Assembly: GCA_002428495.1 (NCBI GenBank)
Contig: DIWR01000024.1
Location: forward strand, 71,631-135,630
DNA from: Synergistaceae bacterium UBA6101
Lineage (GTDB): Bacteria; Synergistota; Synergistia; Synergistales; Synergistaceae
DNA length: 64,000 bases
Direction: 5' to 3'
Positions 47,995 to 56,836 of this stretch are shown here, in pieces. The first letter of the stretch is position 1; each line of letters starts with the position of its first letter. The notes under the pieces are model-generated. The model worked only from the letters and a program-made list of their open reading frames with translations. It was not told the DNA's origin and did not search any database. The position numbers were made by a program, and so were the translations under genes.

Positions 47995-49170
47995 TTATTG
48001 GTTTTTCTTGTAGAAAGGCGACATAGAGCGCAGCTTTTCTACGATCGGCGGGAATTTCTCCAGAACATAATCAATGTCCTCATCGTTTGTCTCTTTGCTC
48101 AGCGTCATCCTTACAGAGCCGTGCGCCGTCGGGTGGTCAAGTCCAAGTGAAAGCAGGACATAGCTTGGCTCAAGGCTTCCCGAGGTGCAGGCCGATCCGC
48201 TTGATACCCCTATACCGGCCGCGTCCATAAGGAGGAGCATCCCTTCGCCCTCGACATACTTCACGCAGATGCTGGCGTGGTATGGGAGCCTCTTTGTCCT
48301 GTGCCCTGTCAGAGTGATCTCCGGTATTCTTTCCATAAGGCCGTCGATCAGTTTGTCGCGCAGGCGTATCTCGTTGTCGATCTCGCCGCCCGCCAGACGG
48401 TTTGCAGCCAGTTCCGCCGCCATTCCGAAGCCTACCAGTCCCGGCGTATTTTCCGTGCCCGAACGGACTCCAAATTCCTGGCCGCCTCCGTGTATCACAG
48501 GGATAAGTTTGATGCCTTTTCTGACATAGAGGGCGCCTACTCCCTTGGGCCCGTACATCTTATGGGCAGCCATGGTCATCATGTCTATCGGGAGTTCCTT
48601 GACATCTATTTTTATGTGGCCCGCGGCCTGTACACCGTCTGTGTGGAATAGGACGCCATGCTTCCGGCAGACCTCACCAAGTTCGGCTACGGGTTCTATA
48701 GTTCCTATCTCATTGTTCGCGAACATTATCGAAGCAAGTATCGTATCGGGCCTTATAGCCGCTTCCAGTTCCTTCGGATCCACCATTCCGGTCTCGTCAA
48801 CGGGAAGGATAGTGTAGTCAAATCCGTTCTTCCCGAGCCATTTGACCGTGTCCAGAAGGGCGTGGTGCTCGATCGAACTGGTGATGATGTGTTTTCCTTT
48901 GTCCTTGAGGGCCCATGCCGCTCCCTTGATCGCCAGGTTGTCGGCTTCGCTTCCGCCTCCGGTAAAGATTATGTCCTTCGGCTGTGCTCCGATAAGTTCT
49001 GCCACCTGGGCGCGGGCTTTGTCTACTCCTGCCCTTGCCTGTCTTCCCCAGGCGTGGAGGCTGTTAGGGTTTCCGTAGTCTTCCGAGAAGTAGGGAAGCA
49101 TTGCTTCGAGAACTCTCTTGTCGACCTGAGTTGTTGCTGAGTTGTCCAGATAAACTTTACGCGGTGTCAT
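47995..49170 (-). CDS. nifS: cysteine desulfurase (NifS/IscS class)
   Basis: VYLDNSATT, the HKMYGPKGVG PLP-Lys motif and the SSGSACTS active-site loop. Confidence 0.9.
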   Translation of the reverse strand: MTPRKVYLDNSATTQVDKRVLEAMLPYFSEDYGNPNSLHAWGRQARAGVDKARAQVAELIGAQPKDIIFTGGGSEADNLAIKGAAWALKDKGKHIITSSIEHHALLDTVKWLGKNGFDYTILPVDETGMVDPKELEAAIRPDTILASIMFANNEIGTIEPVAELGEVCRKHGVLFHTDGVQAAGHIKIDVKELPIDMMTMAAHKMYGPKGVGALYVRKGIKLIPVIHGGGQEFGVRSGTENTPGLVGFGMAAELAANRLAGGEIDNEIRLRDKLIDGLMERIPEITLTGHRTKRLPYHASICVKYVEGEGMLLLMDAAGIGVSSGSACTSGSLEPSYVLLSLGLDHPTAHGSVRMTLSKETNDEDIDYVLEKFPPIVEKLRSMSPFYKKNQ

Positions 49171-49183
49171 AACAAGTCACCTC

Positions 49184-49654
49184 TTAATGGGATTTTGATT
49201 CTATCTTTTTTTTATTGCAGCTGCACTGTGGTATCCTGCAAATATTCGCTGACTGGTCGACGAGATCCTGAAAGGTGGTCCCGTCATAAACGCTTTCAAG
49301 TGCTGCCCTTGCTTTGTCCCAGAGAGGCCTGAAGACGCAGTCGCTGTAAAAATCGCAGTCGTCATCGACTCGGCTCGTACATTCAACGGGTCCTATGGGA
49401 CCCTGAACGAACCTTATCACTTCTCCGACAGTTATGCTGTCTGCCGGCTTAAGAAGATAATATCCGCCCTCTTTACCTCTCGCGGAATCGACAATGTCCG
49501 CACCTTTTAGGCTGTTGAGGATATTTTCAAGGAAACGGACCGGTATAGACTGTGCTTCGGCAATGGCCCCTATCTTGCAGGGACCCTCGTCCTGATGAAG
49601 CGCCAGCTCATATATTGCCCTAAGAGCGTATTGACATTTTTGTGAAATCGCCAT
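49184..49654 (-). CDS. Rrf2 family transcriptional regulator (IscR-like)
   Basis: MAISQKCQYALRAIYELAL HTH and Cys residues (C..C.....C) for a cluster ligand set. ATG 49654 after a GGTGAGGA SD. Confidence 0.85.
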   Translation of the reverse strand: MAISQKCQYALRAIYELALHQDEGPCKIGAIAEAQSIPVRFLENILNSLKGADIVDSARGKEGGYYLLKPADSITVGEVIRFVQGPIGPVECTSRVDDDCDFYSDCVFRPLWDKARAALESVYDGTTFQDLVDQSANICRIPQCSCNKKKIESKSH

Positions 49655-49733
49655 AATCCTCACCATCCCTACCAAGCTAGTGAAGATTACTATTATTTGT
49701 CCATGTTGTCAATACATAAAATACGTAAGATAT

Positions 49734-50040
49734 CGCGGAGAAGCTTCCGCGGGAGTCAGTTGGAAATCGGTTGCAAATCTGTGGGGAATCAGTTGGAAAG
49801 ACGGTCGCGAGAGGCTTCTGCGGGTAATTTGCAGCTTTTCAAGCTGCGGAGAATTGGTGATCAAACAAAAACGGGGAATCAAGATTCCCATCGTTCCCGA
49901 GCGTTTCAATCGGGAATCCGGGGATTGGGTATAATGTCTTGTAAACGCAGAAATAGCCTAAAACTCGAGACGCCGGGCCCCGGCTCACCGGCGTTTATCA
50001 TCGGGTTCAGCGGGTGAGCCGTTCTGGTCTGCCGGTTTTT
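49734..50040 (+). repeat. composite intergenic repeat, copy B (compact full copy)
   Basis: Contains hairpin CGCGGA..TCCGCG, 11-nt units TTGGAAATCGG TTGCAAATCTG TGGGGAATCAG TTGGAAAGACGG, hairpins CAGCTT-ttc-AAGCTG, GGGAATC-aa-GATTCCC and TTCCCGA-gcgtttcaa-TCGGGAA, block CTTGTAAACGCAGAAATAGCCTAAAAC, a terminal long hairpin and a T-run. Confidence 0.6.
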
Positions 50041-50133
50041 GTAAACCGTTTTCCCTCGTTTACCGCCTTGTCGAGATCTTTCTGTATGATCTTGCGATCC
50101 GATCCCTCCTCGTCGGAGGAGCCCCGGACCTAA

Positions 50134-51438
50134 CTAGAAACCTGTCTCATCGGGCGAACTGAAAAGCTGTTCATAGCTTCCGGGTATTATGAGTTTTTTT
50201 CTCAGCTGTATTTTGGGCATGCCCAGGACTACTATGCCCGAACTTGGGTCCAGATGATAATTCTTTGCGTCCTCGACAGGATCGAAGCCGATAGAGGTCC
50301 CCGGCTGGATAATGTTGTGCGCGTCGACTATTACCCTGCGCAGCCTGCAGTTCTCCCCGACCTCAACGTTCTGGCCAATTATGCATTCTTCAACCACAGC
50401 GCCGGGTTTTATGACGCAATTCCTGGAGAGTACGCTTTTTCGGACATATGCTCCGAGGACACGGCTCGCTTCTGCCCTGAGGCATCCGTCAACAGAACAG
50501 GAATGGTCTGCTGCGGGGTAGGTGAATCCCGGAGGGTCTGAAAAAGAGACAGTCCTTATCGGCCACTGCTGGTTGAAAAGGCTAAGCTCGGAGGGATGCT
50601 TGAGAAGGTCCATCTGGGCTTCCCAATAGGCCTTTATGCTTCCCACGTCTTTCCAGTAGGGCCTGTCTCCTCCGGGGAGCACGTTGGTGGAGAAATCATA
50701 GGCCATTACTTTTTGTTTTTTGTATAAGGATGGGATAATGTCCCTGCCGAAATCGTGGGAGCTCTCTTTTATTTCATTGTCTGAAAGAACAGATTCTTCC
50801 AGCATCTCACGTTCAAAAATGTAGTTTCCCATCGAAACGAAACTGAAGCCTGGCCTTCCGGGGATCTCAGGAGGTACGGCCGGTTTTTCTATGAAGTCGA
50901 TTATACGTCCTGTCTCATCTGTTGCTATGCAGCCGAACTGGTTCGCTTCAGAGGACGGGACCACATATGCGGAAACAGTTACATCCGCATTGTTGTCCAT
51001 GTGATACTGAAGCATCTGTTCGATGTCCATCTTATAGACATGGTCGGCCGCAAAAATGCATATCCTGTCTGCGTTGAAGAGGGTCACCAGATGGAGGTTC
51101 TGAAATATCGCATCAGCAGTTCCCTCGTACCAGCGTTCTCCGTCCCACATCTGGGCAGGCACGACATTGACGAAAAAGTCACGGCCGCGGAGGGCGCTTC
51201 CAAACTGCCATCCCTTTCCAATATGCTCATGGAGAGACTGGCTTTTGAACTGTATCATGCAGTAAATTGAAAAAAGGCCGCTGTTGACCATGTTGGAAAG
51301 CGCAAAATCTATGATCCTGTACTTTGCTGCGAACGGGACAGCGGGTTTAGCCCTGTATTTTGTAAGCGGCATCAGCCGTTCGCCCTTACCACCCGCCAGT
51401 ACCATGCCCAGGACACGGCCGTACTTGCCATGGATCAT
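50134..51438 (-). CDS. glgC: glucose-1-phosphate adenylyltransferase
   Basis: LAGGKGERLMPLT nucleotide-binding motif, FAAKYRIIDFALSN and a left-handed beta-helix C-domain. Confidence 0.9.
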   Translation of the reverse strand: MIHGKYGRVLGMVLAGGKGERLMPLTKYRAKPAVPFAAKYRIIDFALSNMVNSGLFSIYCMIQFKSQSLHEHIGKGWQFGSALRGRDFFVNVVPAQMWDGERWYEGTADAIFQNLHLVTLFNADRICIFAADHVYKMDIEQMLQYHMDNNADVTVSAYVVPSSEANQFGCIATDETGRIIDFIEKPAVPPEIPGRPGFSFVSMGNYIFEREMLEESVLSDNEIKESSHDFGRDIIPSLYKKQKVMAYDFSTNVLPGGDRPYWKDVGSIKAYWEAQMDLLKHPSELSLFNQQWPIRTVSFSDPPGFTYPAADHSCSVDGCLRAEASRVLGAYVRKSVLSRNCVIKPGAVVEECIIGQNVEVGENCRLRRVIVDAHNIIQPGTSIGFDPVEDAKNYHLDPSSGIVVLGMPKIQLRKKLIIPGSYEQLFSSPDETGF

Positions 51439-51666
51439 CTTAACCCCTCCTAAAAAATCTTTTTAACGTTACTTTGTCATTTTGGGACAAAAGTCAGTTA
51501 TTTTCAGATCACGCAGTGTTAAGGATCACATATGGAGCACTGATACTACAAAACAATTATAGCCTATAAAAAAACAATAATGAGATGTTTTTTATAACAA
51601 TTACAATTATTTTATTCTGTTTTTATAAAGAATTCGTCTCACCGAAGTTGCACATATCTAAAAAGA

Positions 51667-53148
51667 TCAGTCTGATGTGAGTATGTCCCTGTAGAGTTCG
51701 GCATATGCCTTTGCCGAGTTGTCCCATGAGAAATCGGAGTTCATCGCGTTTTTGACTATGTTTCCCCATCTTGCGCTGTCTTTTTTAGCTTCTATAGCTC
51801 TTTCGATGGCCTTTTCAAGTTCCTCCGAAGTGAAGTCCTTAAAGAGAAAGCCTGTGCCGTCATGTGATCCGTCAGCGTCTATGACAGTGTCGGCGAGACC
51901 TCCAGTTGCCCTTGCAACAGGTATAGTTCCGTAGGCGAAAGCTATCAGCTGAGATAGGCCGCATGGCTCGAAGAGGGAAGGCATCAGCAATATGTCCCCC
52001 CCGGCGTATGTCAGGTGAGCTTTGGTCTCGTTAAATTCGAGGATCGTGTGCACCGAGCCTGGGTTTTCCTTTTGAAACTCTTTTATCTTTCTGGTGTAAA
52101 GATCATTGCCGGATCCGACTATCACGCATCTGGCCTTTTTTGCCAGGAAGGGTTTGACAGCGTCAAGCATTATGTCAATGCCTTTCTGCTCCGTCAGCCT
52201 TCCGACAAATATGAAGATGGGCCTTTTGTCTTCCCTCCAGCCGCATTCTTTTAAGAGGGCCTTGCGGCATTCCTCTTTCCCAGACATGTCCTTCAGGCTG
52301 TAGTTGGCAGGGAGAAGGCTGTCTGTTTCAGGGTCCCAGATGTCGTAGTCTATTCCGTTGACTATCCCGCGCAGCTTATTCCTGTGGGCAACTATCACAC
52401 CATCAAGCCCCATGCCCCCGTTTGGGGTCTGTATGTCCCAGGAGTAGCTCGGGCTTACTGTGGTGAATGCTTCGGAGGTCGTTATCGCACCCTTCATCAT
52501 GTTGACATGTCCGTAGTACTCCAAGCTGTCCATATCAAGGTTGGAAAACGCCTTCGGGCTGAAGCCCCAGCCCTCAAGTACAGAAGGGTTTATTATTCCC
52601 TGGAACGCAAGGTTGTGGATCGTAAAGACGGTGTCGTAATCCCCGTTGAAGTATGAATAATACCTGTGCCACTTCAGCGCGGCGGACATGGGGGCAGTCG
52701 TCCAGTCATGGGCATGCAGGAACTGCGGTTTCCATCCGGTCAGCCTAAGCAGCTCGAAAGGGGCAAAAGAGAGGAATATGAATGGGAGCACAGTCTCAGC
52801 ATCCAGCTTTTCGGGATAGATGCACGGATCGGAGAAGAGCTCCGGCTGGTCGAGCAAGTATATATGAAGTCCGTTGACCTCTGCCTCCAGGACTGAAGCG
52901 GTATAGGCACGCCAATTCAGGGCGACGCTTATCTCTCCCAGCGGCACTCTGCTGAGCTTTCCCATCTCTTCGGCCTTCTCTTTTACGCCAGGCCATGCAG
53001 GCATCAGTACCCTTGCGTCTACGCTCTGTTTTTTGAGAGCCTTGGGAAGGGTGCCGACAACATCCCCAAGTCCGCCTTTTTTAGCGAGCGGAGAACACTC
53101 TGGAGAAATGTGGAGCACCTTGAGCGTAAAATGCTTATAGGCTATCAT
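51667..53148 (-). CDS. glgA: glycogen synthase (ADP-glucose type)
   Basis: KKGGLGDVVGTLPKAL (KxGGL) motif, a GT5 fold, and the C-terminal PSLFEPCGLSQL motif. Confidence 0.9.
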   Translation of the reverse strand: MIAYKHFTLKVLHISPECSPLAKKGGLGDVVGTLPKALKKQSVDARVLMPAWPGVKEKAEEMGKLSRVPLGEISVALNWRAYTASVLEAEVNGLHIYLLDQPELFSDPCIYPEKLDAETVLPFIFLSFAPFELLRLTGWKPQFLHAHDWTTAPMSAALKWHRYYSYFNGDYDTVFTIHNLAFQGIINPSVLEGWGFSPKAFSNLDMDSLEYYGHVNMMKGAITTSEAFTTVSPSYSWDIQTPNGGMGLDGVIVAHRNKLRGIVNGIDYDIWDPETDSLLPANYSLKDMSGKEECRKALLKECGWREDKRPIFIFVGRLTEQKGIDIMLDAVKPFLAKKARCVIVGSGNDLYTRKIKEFQKENPGSVHTILEFNETKAHLTYAGGDILLMPSLFEPCGLSQLIAFAYGTIPVARATGGLADTVIDADGSHDGTGFLFKDFTSEELEKAIERAIEAKKDSARWGNIVKNAMNSDFSWDNSAKAYAELYRDILTSD

Positions 53149-53151
53149 TTT

Positions 53152-56100
53152 TTACAGCCCTCTGAAAACTGTTCCGTAAGCTTTCTCGCAATATTCCCTG
53201 ACTACCCTGTGTGTGTTGAAATAGCTCGCGTTTATTGAAATTGCCAGTTTCATCATCCTTATCCACCTTGGCCTGTTGTTGTAATAGAGTGGCAGGATCT
53301 TATTCTGAAGTTTCCTGTAGAGATCATCCGCGTCCTCTGCCTCGTTGTAGCCTTTCATGTCATCGGGGCCCGGTTCAGGTCCTATGGCCCAGCCCGTATG
53401 GCCTTCAAGGCAGCCCTCGATCCACCATCCGTCCAGGACGGAGAAGTTCATTATCCCGTTGTGCACGCATTTCATGCCGCTTGTTCCTGATGCCTCCCTG
53501 GGCCTTACCGGTGTGTTTAGCCAAAGGTCGACCCCTGAAGTTATCAGCTTAGCCGGAGCGATGTTGTAATTTTCGATGAAGACCACTGGCATTGTTTTCC
53601 CCAGTTCCTTCGATATGTTGAATATTTTCTGAAGGATGTCCTTCCCGGGTTCGTCGTGGGGATGGGCTTTTCCGGAGAATATGAACTGTATCCTTCCGTC
53701 ACCTATTTCCAGAAGCCTCTTTATGTCGGTGAAGACCAGGTCGGCTCTCTTATAAGTTGCCGCCCTTCTTGCAAAGCCTATCGTAAGGATCTCCGGGTCG
53801 AGCTTTTGCCCGGTCTCCTCATAGACCATGTCCAGCAGCTTAAGCTTTGCAGTCTGGTGAGCCTCCCAGATCTCTTCATTCGTGATCTGTACCGCCTGCA
53901 TCAGCCTGCTCGTGTTTGTTCTCCAGCCGCTGATGTACTTGTCGTACAGCGCAGCGAATGATTCACATGTCCATGTTGTCGAGTGGACGCCATTGGTCAC
54001 CCAGTCAATCGAATCTGAGTTGAACATCGCCCTGCTCACCTCAGCGTGCTTCTTTGATACGCCGTTTACATACCTGCTGAACTTGAGCGCGAGGTCTGTC
54101 ATCGACAGTCCGCTGCCGCCTATGGTGCTCTTAAGTTCTTCGATGAAGGAGCTCTCAATGACCTCTTTTATGAGGTCATAAGAGAAGAAATCATGACCTG
54201 CTTCTACGGGGGTATGTGTTGTGAAGACGACCTGGCTGCGAACTTTCTGGAGGTCCGGGTATCCCTGCTCCCTCAACAGTTCAAGGGTGATAAAGCCCGC
54301 ATGCCCCTCGTTCAGGTGGAAGGTCTTCACATTACGGTATCCCAGGTCCCTAAGGATCCTCAGTCCGCCTATCCCGAGTATCAGCTCCTGGCAGAGCCTG
54401 TACCTGTTGTCGCCTCCATAGAGCACATCAGTCAGCGCTCTGTCCTCAGTTGTGTTTTCCGGGAGGTCTGTGTCAAGGAAGAGGATAGGGATGGGATGCC
54501 CCGAATTTCCGATTATAGTGTAGGACCAAACTCCGACAGAGACGCTCCTGCCGTTCATTACAATGGAGACCCTGTTTGGCAGCTGGGTAAGCAGCTCTGT
54601 CGGGTCCCAATCAACGGGTCTTTCCGTCTGTCTTCCCTCTTCGTTTATCTTCTGTGCAAAATAGCCTTTTTTGTAGAGAAGTGTTATACCGACCATTGGC
54701 ACGCCAAGGTCCGCCGCACTCTTAAGAATGTCGCCGGCAAGTATTCCCAGTCCGCCTGAATAGGTCGGGATCTCCGGAGTGAGTCCTATCTCCATCGAAA
54801 AATAGGCCACGTTTCTGAATGCAGGATCTCTTTCAAGTGTAGATAAGATCGATTGGGCAAGATTGCCTCCGTAACTCATATCTGTCATTTTTTCTCCTCC
54901 AAATTGGGCATCTTCGGCAAACTGGATCTGTCCGTTCCCGTTTGCTTTCAGCGCTCCGTTTGCCTGTTTTCCGTTTCTTCCGTTGCCGCCCGCAGGGATC
55001 TTTGAAATAATATCGCGTTCCGCTATTATTCCTGCGTTAGAATATTTTTTATCGTTGCCCCTGGCTTTTCGAAGATCGGTCAGGAGGTCTTTGAAATAGT
55101 CTTTTTCTGTCACTTTGCCGGCAAGTTCGGCAGCCCTCACAGCGAAGGAGATGACCTGTTTTGTCTCTACTCCCGAGATGTCATTGAAAAACCATCCGCA
55201 CGAAGTGAACATGAACATCCTCATCCGCTCTGCCTCAAGCATCGAGAGGATCGATGCCCCCTCTTTTTCACCTATGCCGCCCAGATGTTTTGAAAGGAAT
55301 TCCATCCCTTCCTCATACTCTTTTTTTCTGTCTGCCTTCGCCGAACGGTAGTGTTCGATCGATATGTTTCTCAGATCCCATGGATCGAAATAGGGCGAGA
55401 CTGTTTCGTAAAATACCTCGTCGATCTTGCCTGCCAGCCTGTCGAACGCTTCCCTTAACGGAGCTCTCCACGACTGATTCCAGCCCGGTTTACCGCCCGT
55501 GCTGCACCCGCAGTTGCTTCTCCAGCGCTCGATCCCGTGTACGCAGGACCATGATGAGTTCTCCCTTATGCGGCACTCATATTTGGCCGGATGGTTTTCG
55601 AGAAAGGTCCCTATGTCAGGAAGTAAAATTTCAGAGTCATGGTCAAACCTTTCAAAAAGACGGGCCAGCGCCATTTCTCCAAATTTATGGTGATGGCCGT
55701 AAGTCTCTCCGTCTGTTGCAACCACTAGAAGCCTCTCTTCAGAGCGCACCTTTACTGCGTCAACGAGCGCGTCCCGGAACCTGTCGCCGTTTTCAAGGAG
55801 GCCTCCGAAAGCGATGTCATGGGCAAGTCCCCCGTGGTAGAAGACTATGGTGATCGCCCTGCCTGAAGGGAGCCTGCACAGGTAGGGCAGGGTGACATCA
55901 AGGCCGTTTCCTTCAGGGGTCTCTTTCCAGACTCCATCCATAAATACGGCGCTGCACTGCCTTGGAGCAAGGATAGTAAAAGCGATCCCGTTTTCGCTCA
56001 GCACTTCCAGCGTCGCGGTGTCAACGGCTGTCTCAGGGAGCCACATCCCCTTAGGCCTTCTTTTGAACCTGTATTCGAAGTCTTTTATCCCCCATAAGGT

Positions 56101-56460
56101 CTGGGTCTTTTTGTCCTCTGCGGAAGCCAGGGGCATGATCATATGGCTGTAAGACTGGGATATGGCTTTTTTGCCAGATCCAGTAAGGATCAGGTCTAGC
56201 GTAGGGTCTTCCTTTTCTATCCATCTGTGAAGAGTCGGCCCAAAGTTGAAGCTGAGGTGTGAGTAGTTGTTTATCACAGATATGATGCGGCCGTCCGATC
56301 CAAGGATCTTGGCCGCACTGTTTGGCCTGTAGCACTCGTTTGCTATCTTTTGGTTCCAGTCATGGTCAGGTGCTGCCGTTGGGTCCTTTAACACCGCGTT
56401 CAGCCATGGATCTTCGCGCGGCGGTTGATAGAAGTGTCCATGAACAGCGATATTAAACAA
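53152..56460 (-). CDS. fusion protein: GH57-family glycoside hydrolase (N) plus alpha-glucan phosphorylase GT35 (C)
   Basis: The N-terminus HGHFYQPPREDPW and later GH57-like body run for about 500 aa. An Asn/Gly-rich linker follows. The C-terminal half starts YFSMEIGL...YSGGLGILAGD, with the phosphorylase PLP region GKAHP..K and EASGTSGMK. TTG start after GGAGGTG. Confidence 0.8.
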   Translation of the reverse strand: MFNIAVHGHFYQPPREDPWLNAVLKDPTAAPDHDWNQKIANECYRPNSAAKILGSDGRIISVINNYSHLSFNFGPTLHRWIEKEDPTLDLILTGSGKKAISQSYSHMIMPLASAEDKKTQTLWGIKDFEYRFKRRPKGMWLPETAVDTATLEVLSENGIAFTILAPRQCSAVFMDGVWKETPEGNGLDVTLPYLCRLPSGRAITIVFYHGGLAHDIAFGGLLENGDRFRDALVDAVKVRSEERLLVVATDGETYGHHHKFGEMALARLFERFDHDSEILLPDIGTFLENHPAKYECRIRENSSWSCVHGIERWRSNCGCSTGGKPGWNQSWRAPLREAFDRLAGKIDEVFYETVSPYFDPWDLRNISIEHYRSAKADRKKEYEEGMEFLSKHLGGIGEKEGASILSMLEAERMRMFMFTSCGWFFNDISGVETKQVISFAVRAAELAGKVTEKDYFKDLLTDLRKARGNDKKYSNAGIIAERDIISKIPAGGNGRNGKQANGALKANGNGQIQFAEDAQFGGEKMTDMSYGGNLAQSILSTLERDPAFRNVAYFSMEIGLTPEIPTYSGGLGILAGDILKSAADLGVPMVGITLLYKKGYFAQKINEEGRQTERPVDWDPTELLTQLPNRVSIVMNGRSVSVGVWSYTIIGNSGHPIPILFLDTDLPENTTEDRALTDVLYGGDNRYRLCQELILGIGGLRILRDLGYRNVKTFHLNEGHAGFITLELLREQGYPDLQKVRSQVVFTTHTPVEAGHDFFSYDLIKEVIESSFIEELKSTIGGSGLSMTDLALKFSRYVNGVSKKHAEVSRAMFNSDSIDWVTNGVHSTTWTCESFAALYDKYISGWRTNTSRLMQAVQITNEEIWEAHQTAKLKLLDMVYEETGQKLDPEILTIGFARRAATYKRADLVFTDIKRLLEIGDGRIQFIFSGKAHPHDEPGKDILQKIFNISKELGKTMPVVFIENYNIAPAKLITSGVDLWLNTPVRPREASGTSGMKCVHNGIMNFSVLDGWWIEGCLEGHTGWAIGPEPGPDDMKGYNEAEDADDLYRKLQNKILPLYYNNRPRWIRMMKLAISINASYFNTHRVVREYCEKAYGTVFRGL

Positions 56461-56504
56461 CTAACGATCACCTCCGTAAGGATACGCCGGTCTTCCCGAC
56501 AATA

Positions 56505-56695
56505 TGATTATACTATGATAAGAGGCAATTGCCACTGATGCCAAAAGCCTGATGATGCCTGTCCGTACTGGTACCCTTGTTTTTTTTATTCTTAAAGCTA
56601 TAATTGAGCTGTAATCTAAAATCGACCCTGCGGAGTACGTGGAATACGGGTTGTGTCTTGAGCCAACAATAAATCCCGGCTGAACTTTTTTCCCG
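56505..56695 (+). repeat. composite intergenic repeat, partial copy E
   Basis: TAAGAGGCAATTGCCACT aligns to 60552-60568. TTCTTAAAGCTATAATTGAGCTGTAATCTAAAATC ... CAACAATAAATCCCGGCTGAAC aligns to 60946-61010. No 11-nt array or central hairpin is present. Confidence 0.4.
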
Positions 56696-56836
56696 TTAGC
56701 GGCGGAGACCTCGTCGGTTGACCAAGCTTTGCGGGTGGGGTTCTAATCCTTTTTAAGGAGCGGGTCAAGACCTTCCGTACACGGCTCATGCGGGGTATTT
56801 TTGGCAACTTTGAAAACAATGGTAAGGAGCAAAGTC

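Noticed and set aside
49680-50017. ORFs 49680..49934 and 49697..50017 (84 and 106 aa) and minus-strand ORF 49709..49909
   Set aside because: They lie inside repeat copy B. Conservation among copies is at the nucleotide level, with indels that break frames, and no SD is present.
56616-56819. 67-aa minus-strand ORF in the divergent gap; also considered tmRNA, RNase P, SRP or 6S RNA here
   Set aside because: The ORF is Arg/Pro-rich with no start context. I could not find any hallmark motifs of those RNAs.
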